A DNA stretch of 37,117 nucleotides, taken from positions 1 to 37,117 of IMG/VR virus record IMGVR_UViG_3300021233_000111; one strand, 5' to 3'. The notes under the pieces are model-generated. The model was not told where the DNA came from. It ran no database searches and saw only the letters and a program-made list of their open reading frames with translations. This DNA is from a virus (taxonomy: Duplodnaviria; Caudoviricetes). Of the stretch, positions 27,392-34,621 are shown one piece after another. Both the position numbers and the translations under genes were made by a program. Numbering within the stretch: position 1 is the stretch's first letter; every line of letters begins with the position of its first letter.

Positions 27392-27605
27392 TGAATTCGA
27401 CCGCGCTTCGGAGATGGAGCAATGGTCAACCGAACTTGCGATTAAAGCGCAATTAACGGCCGCGGCCAGAACTCCGAAGGTTGAGGCGGTCGGATATTGC
27501 ATCAACCCGGCTTGCGGAGAAGACTTCGAAGAGGAGTCTCTTCGCCTCTACTGTAATGCCGAGTGTGAAAGAGAACATCGGCGCATAAAACAATTTCAAG
27601 GATAA
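27384..27605 (+). CDS. TraR/DksA-like C4 zinc-finger protein
   Basis: N-terminal DxxDxA (DEFDRA) helix and C..C/C..C (CINPAC, CNAEC); exact start among three tandem ATGs uncertain. Confidence 0.72.
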   Translation: MADEFDRASEMEQWSTELAIKAQLTAAARTPKVEAVGYCINPACGEDFEEESLRLYCNAECEREHRRIKQFQG

Positions 27606-27608
27606 AAC

Positions 27609-27911
27609 ATGGCTAAGAAACTTTACGACCTCGCCGTTAAGACCGGCGAATATCAAGATCGCTCCGGCAATAAAAAAGGCCGGTGGCAAAACGTCGGCGC
27701 AGTCATGCAGAACGATGATGGCGGAAAGTTCATCATGCTCGCGAAATGGTTTAACCCGGCGGGCGTTCCGGATCTCTCCGGCAAGAACGGCGAGTCGATC
27801 CTTCTCTCGATGTTCGAACCACGGAACGACAATGGCACTCAAGACGCACACAATACCGGAAAGTCGAACGGTTATCAGTCACAGGAAGCTGACGATTCGA
27901 TTCCGTTCTAG
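27609..27911 (+). CDS. Putative small single-stranded DNA-binding protein
   Basis: 100 aa beta-rich core, flexible linker, C-terminal DDSIPF like the SSB tip. Confidence 0.62.
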   Translation: MAKKLYDLAVKTGEYQDRSGNKKGRWQNVGAVMQNDDGGKFIMLAKWFNPAGVPDLSGKNGESILLSMFEPRNDNGTQDAHNTGKSNGYQSQEADDSIPF

Positions 27912-27923
27912 CGTATAATTGAG

Positions 27924-27976
27924 ACTTGGCTAACCCGACGGGGGACAGGGCGGAATGAATCGCCGCCCTGCCAAGT
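27924..27976 (+). ncRNA. Three-way-junction RNA candidate upstream of HNH gene
   Basis: ACTTGG/CCAAGT, CCC-GACG-GGG and CAGGGCGG/CCGCCCTG stems; TATAAT at 27914-27919. Confidence 0.55.
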
Positions 27977-28008
27977 ATTCATCGATTCGACTTCATGAGT
28001 GATTCAAC

Positions 28009-28425
28009 ATGAAAACCTGTTTCAAATGCGGGGAGCGTCTCCCGCTCGGTCTTTTTTACAAGCACAAGCGAATGGCAGACGGTCACTTGAACAAGTGTAT
28101 CGAATGCACAAAGCGCGACGTTAGAAAGCATCGCGCGGAGAACGATAACGTCCGCGAATATGATCGTGAGCGATCTAAACTCGAACACCGGATCAAGGCT
28201 AACTACGAAAACACTACGAAGTGGCGCTCGGATCATCCGGATAGGGCGAAGGCGCATCGCGCCGTAACTTACGCCATAAGGACGGGCAAATTACAAAAGA
28301 TGCCGTGCGTTCAATGTGGAGCGGATCGCGTCGAAGCGCATCACCCCGATTATTCAAAACCCCTTGCCGTGGTGTGGTTGTGCCCTCGCCATCACAGGAT
28401 GCTTCATCTTGCGAAAGCCGGTTAA
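28009..28425 (+). CDS. Zn-finger/HNH-type endonuclease
   Basis: CFKC..CIEC N-terminus; CVQCG..EAHHPDYSKPL.VVWLCPRHH. Confidence 0.78.
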   Translation: MKTCFKCGERLPLGLFYKHKRMADGHLNKCIECTKRDVRKHRAENDNVREYDRERSKLEHRIKANYENTTKWRSDHPDRAKAHRAVTYAIRTGKLQKMPCVQCGADRVEAHHPDYSKPLAVVWLCPRHHRMLHLAKAG

Positions 28426-28672
28426 ACGCCCGGATAACTGGAACACGTTCCCATCACCCGAAACGCGCGGGATAAAACCCGTCACGCTTCACGACGGGAG
28501 GGTCGTCGATAACTACTCCGAAGAATGGCGTCTCGAATGTGAGGCGCGAACAATACTCAAGATTCCGTCGCTCTACAATCGACGGAGACACCTCGAGGAA
28601 ATCGAGCGGCGACGCGGCCCGGAAGCCGTCGCGCAGATCAAAACGATGATGCTCGCGCTCTGGAAGAAATGA
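28409..28672 (+). CDS. Hypothetical protein
   Basis: Probable TTG start with AGGA upstream; SEEWRLECEAR..IERRRG; ends before a terminator. Confidence 0.6.
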   Translation: MRKPVKRPDNWNTFPSPETRGIKPVTLHDGRVVDNYSEEWRLECEARTILKIPSLYNRRRHLEEIERRRGPEAVAQIKTMMLALWKK

Positions 28673-28684
28673 CTCCTGATTAAC

Positions 28685-28709
28685 GCCCCGGTCACTCGGG
28701 GCTTTTTTT
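28685..28709 (+). terminator. Intrinsic terminator
   Basis: GCCCCG-GTCACT-CGGGGC then TTTTTTT. Confidence 0.88.
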
Positions 28710-28716
28710 ATCTAAA

Positions 28717-28750
28717 AGTGTTGACATACTTCAACACTCTTTGAGACAAT
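28717..28750 (+). promoter_or_regulatory. Sigma70-type promoter with overlapping palindromic operator
   Basis: TTGACA (28721)-N18-GACAAT (28745) with TGn; AGTGTTGA-N6-TCAACACT inverted repeat 28717-28738. Confidence 0.8.
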
Positions 28751-28799
28751 AGCTCCGCGGTCGGGGATTGGCTCCGATCACCAACAAAGAGAAAGGAAA

Positions 28800-28982
28800 A
28801 TGAACAACTTCGCAATCAACCAGATCGTTAAAGGCAAAGTAGCAGGAACCTTTGTCATCCTTGGATTCCGCACAATCGCAAACGAAGAATACGCGCAACT
28901 CAAGGAAGTAAATCCCTCCGATCATTCTCAGGTCGGAACCGGCGAACTCGCTCTCCCGATTAACAAACTCCTCGCCATCTAA
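28800..28982 (+). CDS. Hypothetical early protein
   Basis: 60 aa, AAGGA RBS, first gene after the promoter. Confidence 0.7.
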   Translation: MNNFAINQIVKGKVAGTFVILGFRTIANEEYAQLKEVNPSDHSQVGTGELALPINKLLAI

Positions 28983-29024
28983 TCAACCACGCGCCAAGGA
29001 CGGCGCACCTATCGAGAAACAACC

Positions 29025-29210
29025 ATGAGCATGAAAATTAAATTCAAAGATCAGAAGGTCACCGATCGCAATGGCAACTCTTGGATCGTGTCCGGCTATT
29101 GGGACTTCGAAATCAGCCAAATGAAACTGAGCAGAATCGAGGGGAATATCAGCAACGAGGGGATCGGCGAAGCCTGTTACAACCTCGCGATCGAAAAGGG
29201 GTGGCTCTAA
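29025..29210 (+). CDS. Hypothetical early protein
   Basis: 61 aa, TAATG-coupled to the next ORF. Confidence 0.62.
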   Translation: MSMKIKFKDQKVTDRNGNSWIVSGYWDFEISQMKLSRIEGNISNEGIGEACYNLAIEKGWL

Positions 29211-29374
29211 TGATCGCCTTCCTTGTAATCGTCGGCCTCGGCCTCGCGCTCTCGCTCTTCGTGTCTCACTTCGTCTATGCGCTAATGGATCGATGGCAGT
29301 CGGAGCGCCGCCTCGAGGCGGACCCCGATCGGGCGCGGATCGCCCGGGATCTTTCTTACTCAAAATTGCTTTGA
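29210..29374 (+). CDS. Small membrane protein
   Basis: MIAFLVIVGLGLALSLFVSHFVYAL hydrophobic N-terminus. Confidence 0.58.
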   Translation: MIAFLVIVGLGLALSLFVSHFVYALMDRWQSERRLEADPDRARIARDLSYSKLL

Positions 29375-29384
29375 GGTTATTCGC

Positions 29385-29591
29385 ATGAACCGCCCCGCAT
29401 TCTCTTTTACGCTCAATATCATCCCTAGCACCATGAAGAACGCTATTCTCCTCGCCCTGATGTTCGCCCTTTTTGCTCTTGTGTCCGAGATGGATTATCA
29501 AGATGCCATCCTCGCCCACGGCAAGACCGCCGCGGAATGCGAGAAACCCACGACCGCCGAACCGGCCCCAGAAGCCCGGGAGGAAGCATGA
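29385..29591 (+). CDS. Small membrane protein
   Basis: GAGGT RBS; AILLALMFALFALVSEMDYQDA. Confidence 0.6.
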   Translation: MNRPAFSFTLNIIPSTMKNAILLALMFALFALVSEMDYQDAILAHGKTAAECEKPTTAEPAPEAREEA

Positions 29592-29812
29592 GAACCGCGA
29601 TCGCACTTTTCCTGATCCTCTCGGCTTGCTCCGCATCGGCGGCGACTGAATACCGCAACGGGAAGAACCTTCGCGACGGATGGCGCGTCACGCCGAACCG
29701 AATTCAAGGAACCGGCGAGAACTTTCGCAAGGGATACCAGAAGAGCGCGTCCGGGACGTGGTATGGAACCGGGAAAGACTTCGGGAAGTATTACCGCCCG
29801 GGGGCGCGATGA
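29588..29812 (+). CDS. Small exported protein/lipoprotein
   Basis: ATGA coupling; MRTAIALFLILSAC signal peptide with lipobox-like LSAC. Confidence 0.6.
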   Translation: MRTAIALFLILSACSASAATEYRNGKNLRDGWRVTPNRIQGTGENFRKGYQKSASGTWYGTGKDFGKYYRPGAR

Positions 29813-29904
29813 TCCGCCGAGTTCGTCTCTGGTGGTTCCGGTTCCGAGTTTGGATTCTAATTCGAGAGATTGATCGCATTCGCGCCGAATTGGTTCGCGA
29901 GTAA
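29809..29904 (+). CDS. Small basic peptide (31 aa)
   Basis: ATGA coupling; MIRRVRLWWFRFRVWILIREIDRIRAELVRE. Confidence 0.5.
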   Translation: MIRRVRLWWFRFRVWILIREIDRIRAELVRE

Positions 29905-30058
29905 GCGAAACCGCAACCGGGGACGGAATCCCCGGTCTCGAGGCGGTGCGGCGGTTTTTATTGGTCTTGCAACCTTTCTCCCGCAATGCGTGGACTCGAG
30001 CGGTTCCCCTCCCGACTGAGGGTCCTTTTTCAAAAATCTATTTTTAGTGGTGGCAATA

Positions 30059-30433
30059 ATGAAAGACCGCGAACTTATGGAGCGGGCGCATAAAGCGCTT
30101 ATGTTTTTTGCTCAGACCGTCGGTGGTGGCGCACCGACTCTGACCTCTCTTATCGACGACCTTTCCGTCCGTATCGAACAAATCAAAGAGGACGAAGAAT
30201 ATTATTCGCTCTCTAAAGAAGCGCGCGACAAGATGAAACTTGCCGCCAAAGGAAACCGGAACCTCTGGAAGCCGGAATTAGATCCGAAATACCAGAAGGC
30301 GAAAGAACTCCGCGGGTCGGGAATGATGCTCAAGGACGCGTGTGGAGCCGCGGGCCTCACCATCGATCAATGGTATCGGCGGCAACGGATCGAGAAGATT
30401 GGCACGGATCGCCCCGAGAGGTTCGAGTCATGA
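30059..30433 (+). CDS. Hypothetical protein with C-terminal HTH-like segment
   Basis: AKELRGSGMMLKDACGAAGLTIDQWYRR resembles an HTH. Confidence 0.6.
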   Translation: MKDRELMERAHKALMFFAQTVGGGAPTLTSLIDDLSVRIEQIKEDEEYYSLSKEARDKMKLAAKGNRNLWKPELDPKYQKAKELRGSGMMLKDACGAAGLTIDQWYRRQRIEKIGTDRPERFES

Positions 30434-30639
30434 GGTTCGATGTTCAAACCCGCTCGCAAGTTGTGAGCCTTCGTCGCGCCGGGATGACTGTCGGCGAGAT
30501 CGCCGATCGATTGAATCTCAATCTAACATCACAACTCGATGAGATCCGCCGTATCTGCGACACGCTCCCGCGGAAGTTCCAGTTCGGCGAAGTCGGCCCG
30601 CGTGGACCCGTTACCAGAAAGCAGGGGGCGAGGCGGTGA
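30430..30639 (+). CDS. Small HTH protein
   Basis: VVSLRRAGMTVGEIADRLNL; ATGA coupling. Confidence 0.68.
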   Translation: MRFDVQTRSQVVSLRRAGMTVGEIADRLNLNLTSQLDEIRRICDTLPRKFQFGEVGPRGPVTRKQGARR

Positions 30640-30827
30640 TCGCCCCTTGTGACTACTGCCATCGAGAGAAGTCGTGCAAGGTCGAGTGTAAGGCGTTCTT
30701 GTTGTTCGCTGATGAAGAGAAAACCCGCAAGAAGATAAACGCGCCTCCGTGCGCGTATTGCCCACGTCGGGAATTATGCGCGGTAGAATGCGCGTCTTTC
30801 CGAACTTGGGAACGATCGGGGATATGA
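30636..30827 (+). CDS. Cys-rich protein with two tandem C4 repeats
   Basis: PCDYC.....C.VEC.AF and PCAYC.....C.VEC.SF. Confidence 0.65.
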   Translation: MIAPCDYCHREKSCKVECKAFLLFADEEKTRKKINAPPCAYCPRRELCAVECASFRTWERSGI

Positions 30828-31234
30828 GCGAACACAAGATCCAGAACGAAATTCGGAACGCGCTATGCGGCGCGGGCCTCTTTTGGCGAGTCAATGTCGG
30901 GCAAGCGTGGACGGGTGACGTTCACCGGCTCCCGAACGGAGATATCCTCATCAAGAACCCGCGCCCGTTTTCAACCGGACTCCCGCCCGGGTTCTCGGAT
31001 CTCTTCGGATTAACTCCGATCACGATCACTCATGAGATGGTCGGGAAACGCATCGGGATATTCACAGCGATCGAGATCAAGTCGGCAAAAGGAAAGCCGA
31101 GCGACCGACAAAAATCATTTTTATCTGCGATCCGGAATCAAGGAGGGAGATCCGGAGTTGCTCGATCAATACAGGACGCCCGCCGAGTTATCGCGGGTGA
31201 AGATTTACACGAAACGGAATCGCCGACAATTTGA
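30824..31234 (+). CDS. VRR-NUC nuclease (Holliday junction resolvase-like)
   Basis: MSEHKIQNEIR, GFSDLFG, AIEIKSAKGKPSDRQKSFL..GG.SGVARS. Confidence 0.9.
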   Translation: MSEHKIQNEIRNALCGAGLFWRVNVGQAWTGDVHRLPNGDILIKNPRPFSTGLPPGFSDLFGLTPITITHEMVGKRIGIFTAIEIKSAKGKPSDRQKSFLSAIRNQGGRSGVARSIQDARRVIAGEDLHETESPTI

Positions 31235-31238
31235 GGAC

Positions 31239-31421
31239 ATGAACACAAGAACTCAAAAATTATTGCAACTGATGAGCGAGCACGGCCTCAAGTCTCCGGA
31301 CGTGGCCGCGATGCTCAAGCGTAACCCTCAGACCGTTCGACTTTGGCGCTCGAACGTCGATCGCACGATCCCGGCGGATGCCCTCGAATTGCTCGAGATA
31401 AAATTATCCCGCCACGTCTGA
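31239..31421 (+). CDS. XRE/Cro-like HTH protein
   Basis: GAGG RBS; LMSEHGLKSPDVAAMLKRNPQTVRLW..IPADALELL. Confidence 0.75.
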   Translation: MNTRTQKLLQLMSEHGLKSPDVAAMLKRNPQTVRLWRSNVDRTIPADALELLEIKLSRHV

Positions 31422-31452
31422 TTTTTATTTTGTTTGTTTGTGAGGTTTTTCC

Positions 31453-31659
31453 GTGAAAAACGACGAATTTTCTCCGGCCTCTCGGCCATTCTCTACCGTG
31501 GTTAGTGAAGGCCGGATCAATACCCATATTCTCGACTCTGCCGTCGATGCGAATTCCGCCATCGATGCGGCGAAACGAATTCTCCTCGAGAACCGCGTTC
31601 AAAACTTCACGGCGTCCGACGTGGTTGCGCTCGCGCGGCTAATAATCGAGGAACGCTAA
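31453..31659 (+). CDS. Hypothetical protein
   Basis: GAGGT RBS, GTG start, TAATG-coupled to primase. Confidence 0.62.
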   Translation: MKNDEFSPASRPFSTVVSEGRINTHILDSAVDANSAIDAAKRILLENRVQNFTASDVVALARLIIEER

Positions 31660-33920
31660 TGGTTGCCCGCAAATATGACGGGCTAACCCATGACACCATT
31701 CAAAACGCCCTCGCCTTCATCGATGCACACAATCGAGAGACGTGGGTCCGGATGGCGATGGCGGTTAAGTCCGAACTCTTCGACGCCGGGTTCGATATCT
31801 GGGACGAATGGAGCGCCTCAAGCGACAATTACGACAAGAAGGAAGCCCGCTCGGTTTGGAAGTCGATCAAGGTTTCCGGCGGCGTCACTATCGCGACCCT
31901 GATCCGCGAAGCAATCGAGCGCGGGTTCCGTTTTAACGATGACGCACCGAAGGCGGACGAATCCGAGCGTGAGCGTCGCCGGGAGGCTCAACGCGAATAC
32001 GAGACCCGACAACGCGAACTCGCCAAGCAAGCCGCGGCCGATGCGGCGGCGTTATGGGAAGCCGCGGCCCCGATCTCTGGGGACGCCCATCCTTACCTTC
32101 AGCGGAAACGGATCGAGGCTCACGGTTTACGCGTCGGGAAATGGCCCCTCCGTAACCGTGACGGCGCGATTTACTCTCACGCGGAGAATGTCCTTCTAAT
32201 CCCGATCAAGGCCCGTAATGGGGCTCTGACGAGCCTACAGGCGATCTTCGACGTTCTTCCGAACGGATACTCCTCCGATAAGTCTTATTTCCGGGATGGC
32301 AAGAAGTCCGGATCGTTCCACCTGATCGGGTCGTTCGCGAGCGGGACCGTCGCAATATGCGAAGGCTACGCAACCGGGGCGACCATTCATAAGGCGATGG
32401 GATGGGCGGTCGCGGTATGCTTCGACCGTTCGAACCTCCTCACGATCGCGGAGAAGCTGAAGCCGACCCTTGAGGGCGTCGATTTCGTGATATGCGCGGA
32501 TAACGACCAGTTCACCGAAGGGAACCCGGGCGTCACCGATGCGACGAAGGCCGCGAAGGCGATCCGGGCTCGCCTATGCGTTCCACAGTTCCGCGACACG
32601 GACACGGAGCCGACCGATTGGAATGATCTTCAACACCTCGAGGGCCTCGAGGCCGTTAAGCGTCAACTCGAGCCCGAGGCGCGTCTCCCTGCCAACGATA
32701 ACCGCCTCTCGGTTGATTACCTCTCGCCCCTGATCGACACGAACGAAAAGGGACGCCCTCTCGCGACGATCGAGAACCTCCGCGAGATATGCCGTCGGCT
32801 CGGGGTTTTGATCCGCTATAACGTGATCTCGAAGGAAGAAGAGATCCTTATCCCCGATGAGGCCTTCACGCTCGATAACGCCGCGAACGCGTCGATCGGC
32901 TATCTCATCTCATGGTGTGCGCGCTTCGGGATGCCTTCGGGCAATCTCGGGGATTATGTGACCTATCTCGCCGATAAGAACCTCCACAATCCGGTCGCGA
33001 ATTGGATCACCTCGAGGCCGTGGGACGGCGAGGACCGTCTCCCGGCGCTCTATGCCACGATTACCGCCGAGGGCGAAGACACCGATCCACGGGCCCGGGA
33101 GTTGAAAGAGATCCTCATCCGCCGATGGTTGATCTCGGCGGTCGCGGCCGCATTCGAGCCGAACGGCGTCTCCGCTCACGGCGTTCTAGTCCTTCAAGGC
33201 TCGCAATATGTCGGAAAGACGAAGTGGTTTAAATCCCTAGTCCCAGATCATCTCGGCGTCGTTCAAGATGGGATGATGCTCCGCCCGGATGATCGAGACT
33301 CGGTTAAACAGGTTTGCTCCTTTTGGCTTGTCGAATTGGGCGAACTCGACGCGACGTTCCGGAAGTCTGATATTGCGGCGCTGAAGTCCTTCATTACCAG
33401 AAAGAACGACGTTCTCCGTCGCGCCTACGCTCGGCGGGACTCGCAGTTCGCGCGGCGGACCGTGTTCTTCGGATCGGTGAACCCGAAGGAGTTTCTCCAC
33501 GACGCAACCGGGAACCGCCGTTATTGGACAATCGCTTGCAAGCGCATCGATCACTCGCATTCGATCGAGACTCAGCAACTATGGGCGCAAGTCCTGACGA
33601 TTTATCAGTCCGGAGAACCCTACTATCTCCAACCCGAGGAGATGAACGCGTTAAACGATCATAACGAGTCATTCACGGCGACGGACCCGATCGAGGAGCG
33701 AATAGTCTCTCGGTTTGATTGGGACGCCCCGGAGGTCGCGTGGCGATGGGTGACGACGACCGAGGCGCTCGAGATGATTGGACTCGAAAAGGCAAACATG
33801 AGCGACACCGTTAAAGCGTCTGCGGCGATCCGGAAACACAACGGCGACAAGGCGAAGAGATCGAACGGACGGAATGTCTTGCACGTTCCGCCGATCATCA
33901 CCCATTCGGAGCCGTTTTGA
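31659..33920 (+). CDS. Primase-helicase (PriCT-2-like + TOPRIM + VirE/VapE-type P-loop)
   Basis: W..MAMAVK..WDEWS; HPYL, ICEGYATG, CADND, DWNDL; GSQYVGKT, ELGELD, DATGNRRYW. Confidence 0.92.
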   Translation: MVARKYDGLTHDTIQNALAFIDAHNRETWVRMAMAVKSELFDAGFDIWDEWSASSDNYDKKEARSVWKSIKVSGGVTIATLIREAIERGFRFNDDAPKADESERERRREAQREYETRQRELAKQAAADAAALWEAAAPISGDAHPYLQRKRIEAHGLRVGKWPLRNRDGAIYSHAENVLLIPIKARNGALTSLQAIFDVLPNGYSSDKSYFRDGKKSGSFHLIGSFASGTVAICEGYATGATIHKAMGWAVAVCFDRSNLLTIAEKLKPTLEGVDFVICADNDQFTEGNPGVTDATKAAKAIRARLCVPQFRDTDTEPTDWNDLQHLEGLEAVKRQLEPEARLPANDNRLSVDYLSPLIDTNEKGRPLATIENLREICRRLGVLIRYNVISKEEEILIPDEAFTLDNAANASIGYLISWCARFGMPSGNLGDYVTYLADKNLHNPVANWITSRPWDGEDRLPALYATITAEGEDTDPRARELKEILIRRWLISAVAAAFEPNGVSAHGVLVLQGSQYVGKTKWFKSLVPDHLGVVQDGMMLRPDDRDSVKQVCSFWLVELGELDATFRKSDIAALKSFITRKNDVLRRAYARRDSQFARRTVFFGSVNPKEFLHDATGNRRYWTIACKRIDHSHSIETQQLWAQVLTIYQSGEPYYLQPEEMNALNDHNESFTATDPIEERIVSRFDWDAPEVAWRWVTTTEALEMIGLEKANMSDTVKASAAIRKHNGDKAKRSNGRNVLHVPPIITHSEPF

Positions 33921-34183
33921 GTGTAGGGTTAGTGTAGGGTCAGTGTAGGGTTAAACGACCCTACACTCCCCCTAACCCCTTGATTTATATACTTTACAGT
34001 AACTTTATAGTGTAGGGTGTAAGGTAATAAGGGGAGATAGATGGAAAAAACAGAAGAAAGAATGGGTTTTATTGCTCTCTCTCGAAGTTCGGATTTAGCC
34101 TACACTACCCTACACTCGACGGGTGTAATGCCATGAAATGCAAAGACTTTTTTAAGTGTAGGGTCTAGTAGTGAGCCTACACT
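33920..34183. repeat. Putative replication origin: AGTGTAGG(GT) iterons in both orientations, IHF site, AT-rich core
   Basis: Direct copies at 33920, 33931, 33942, 34009, 34155; inverted copies at 33958, 34098, 34107, 34175; perfect IHF consensus AATCAAGGGGTTA on minus strand 33973-33985. Confidence 0.82.
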
Positions 34184-34605
34184 CAATAAAACTCCCCGCC
34201 TCAGTCGAAGAGATCGCAAGCGTTATCGGACGTGATCGCGCGTTATATCTGATCGGGCAACTTCCGAAATGTTGGGCGGGCATCCCCGGGAAGAAATCAA
34301 GCCGGGTGATCCTTTACGTTCCGAAATCGCTCCGGCCCGATCATCCTCTGGTAAATCTCATGGGATGGATCGACGCGAACAAGTTAGTCGCGACCTTCGG
34401 CGGCGAGATCCTCACCCCGGCAAACTGTCGCGAGGTTTATCGTCGCTTCCGGGATCAGTCGATCAAGGCGATGTTGATCTCTGGAATGACCGCGCTCGAG
34501 GTTTCCGAACTCATGGACGTTTCCCATCGTCACGTTCGGAACGTCGCGAAGGAAATTCCGCAAGAGGAACCCAAAGGAGAGAACGATAACAATCCGCCGG
34601 AATAA
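34171..34605 (+). CDS. Mor/C-family-like late transcription activator
   Basis: LPASVEEIASVIG..LVATFGGEIL..RDQSI..GMTALEVSELMDVSHRHVRNV C-terminal HTH; precedes lysis genes. Confidence 0.75.
   Translation: MSLHSIKLPASVEEIASVIGRDRALYLIGQLPKCWAGIPGKKSSRVILYVPKSLRPDHPLVNLMGWIDANKLVATFGGEILTPANCREVYRRFRDQSIKAMLISGMTALEVSELMDVSHRHVRNVAKEIPQEEPKGENDNNPPE
34550..34593 (+). promoter_or_regulatory. Putative activator-dependent late promoter 3 (lysis operon)
   Basis: AGGAAATTCCGCAAGAGGAA-N18-AACAAT inside the 3' end of the activator gene. Confidence 0.75.
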
Positions 34606-34621
34606 TAATCGGTGGCGGATC

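Noticed and set aside
31204-31230. TTTACA..GACAAT promoter for the XRE-like gene
   Set aside because: Spacer is only 15 nt; too weak to call
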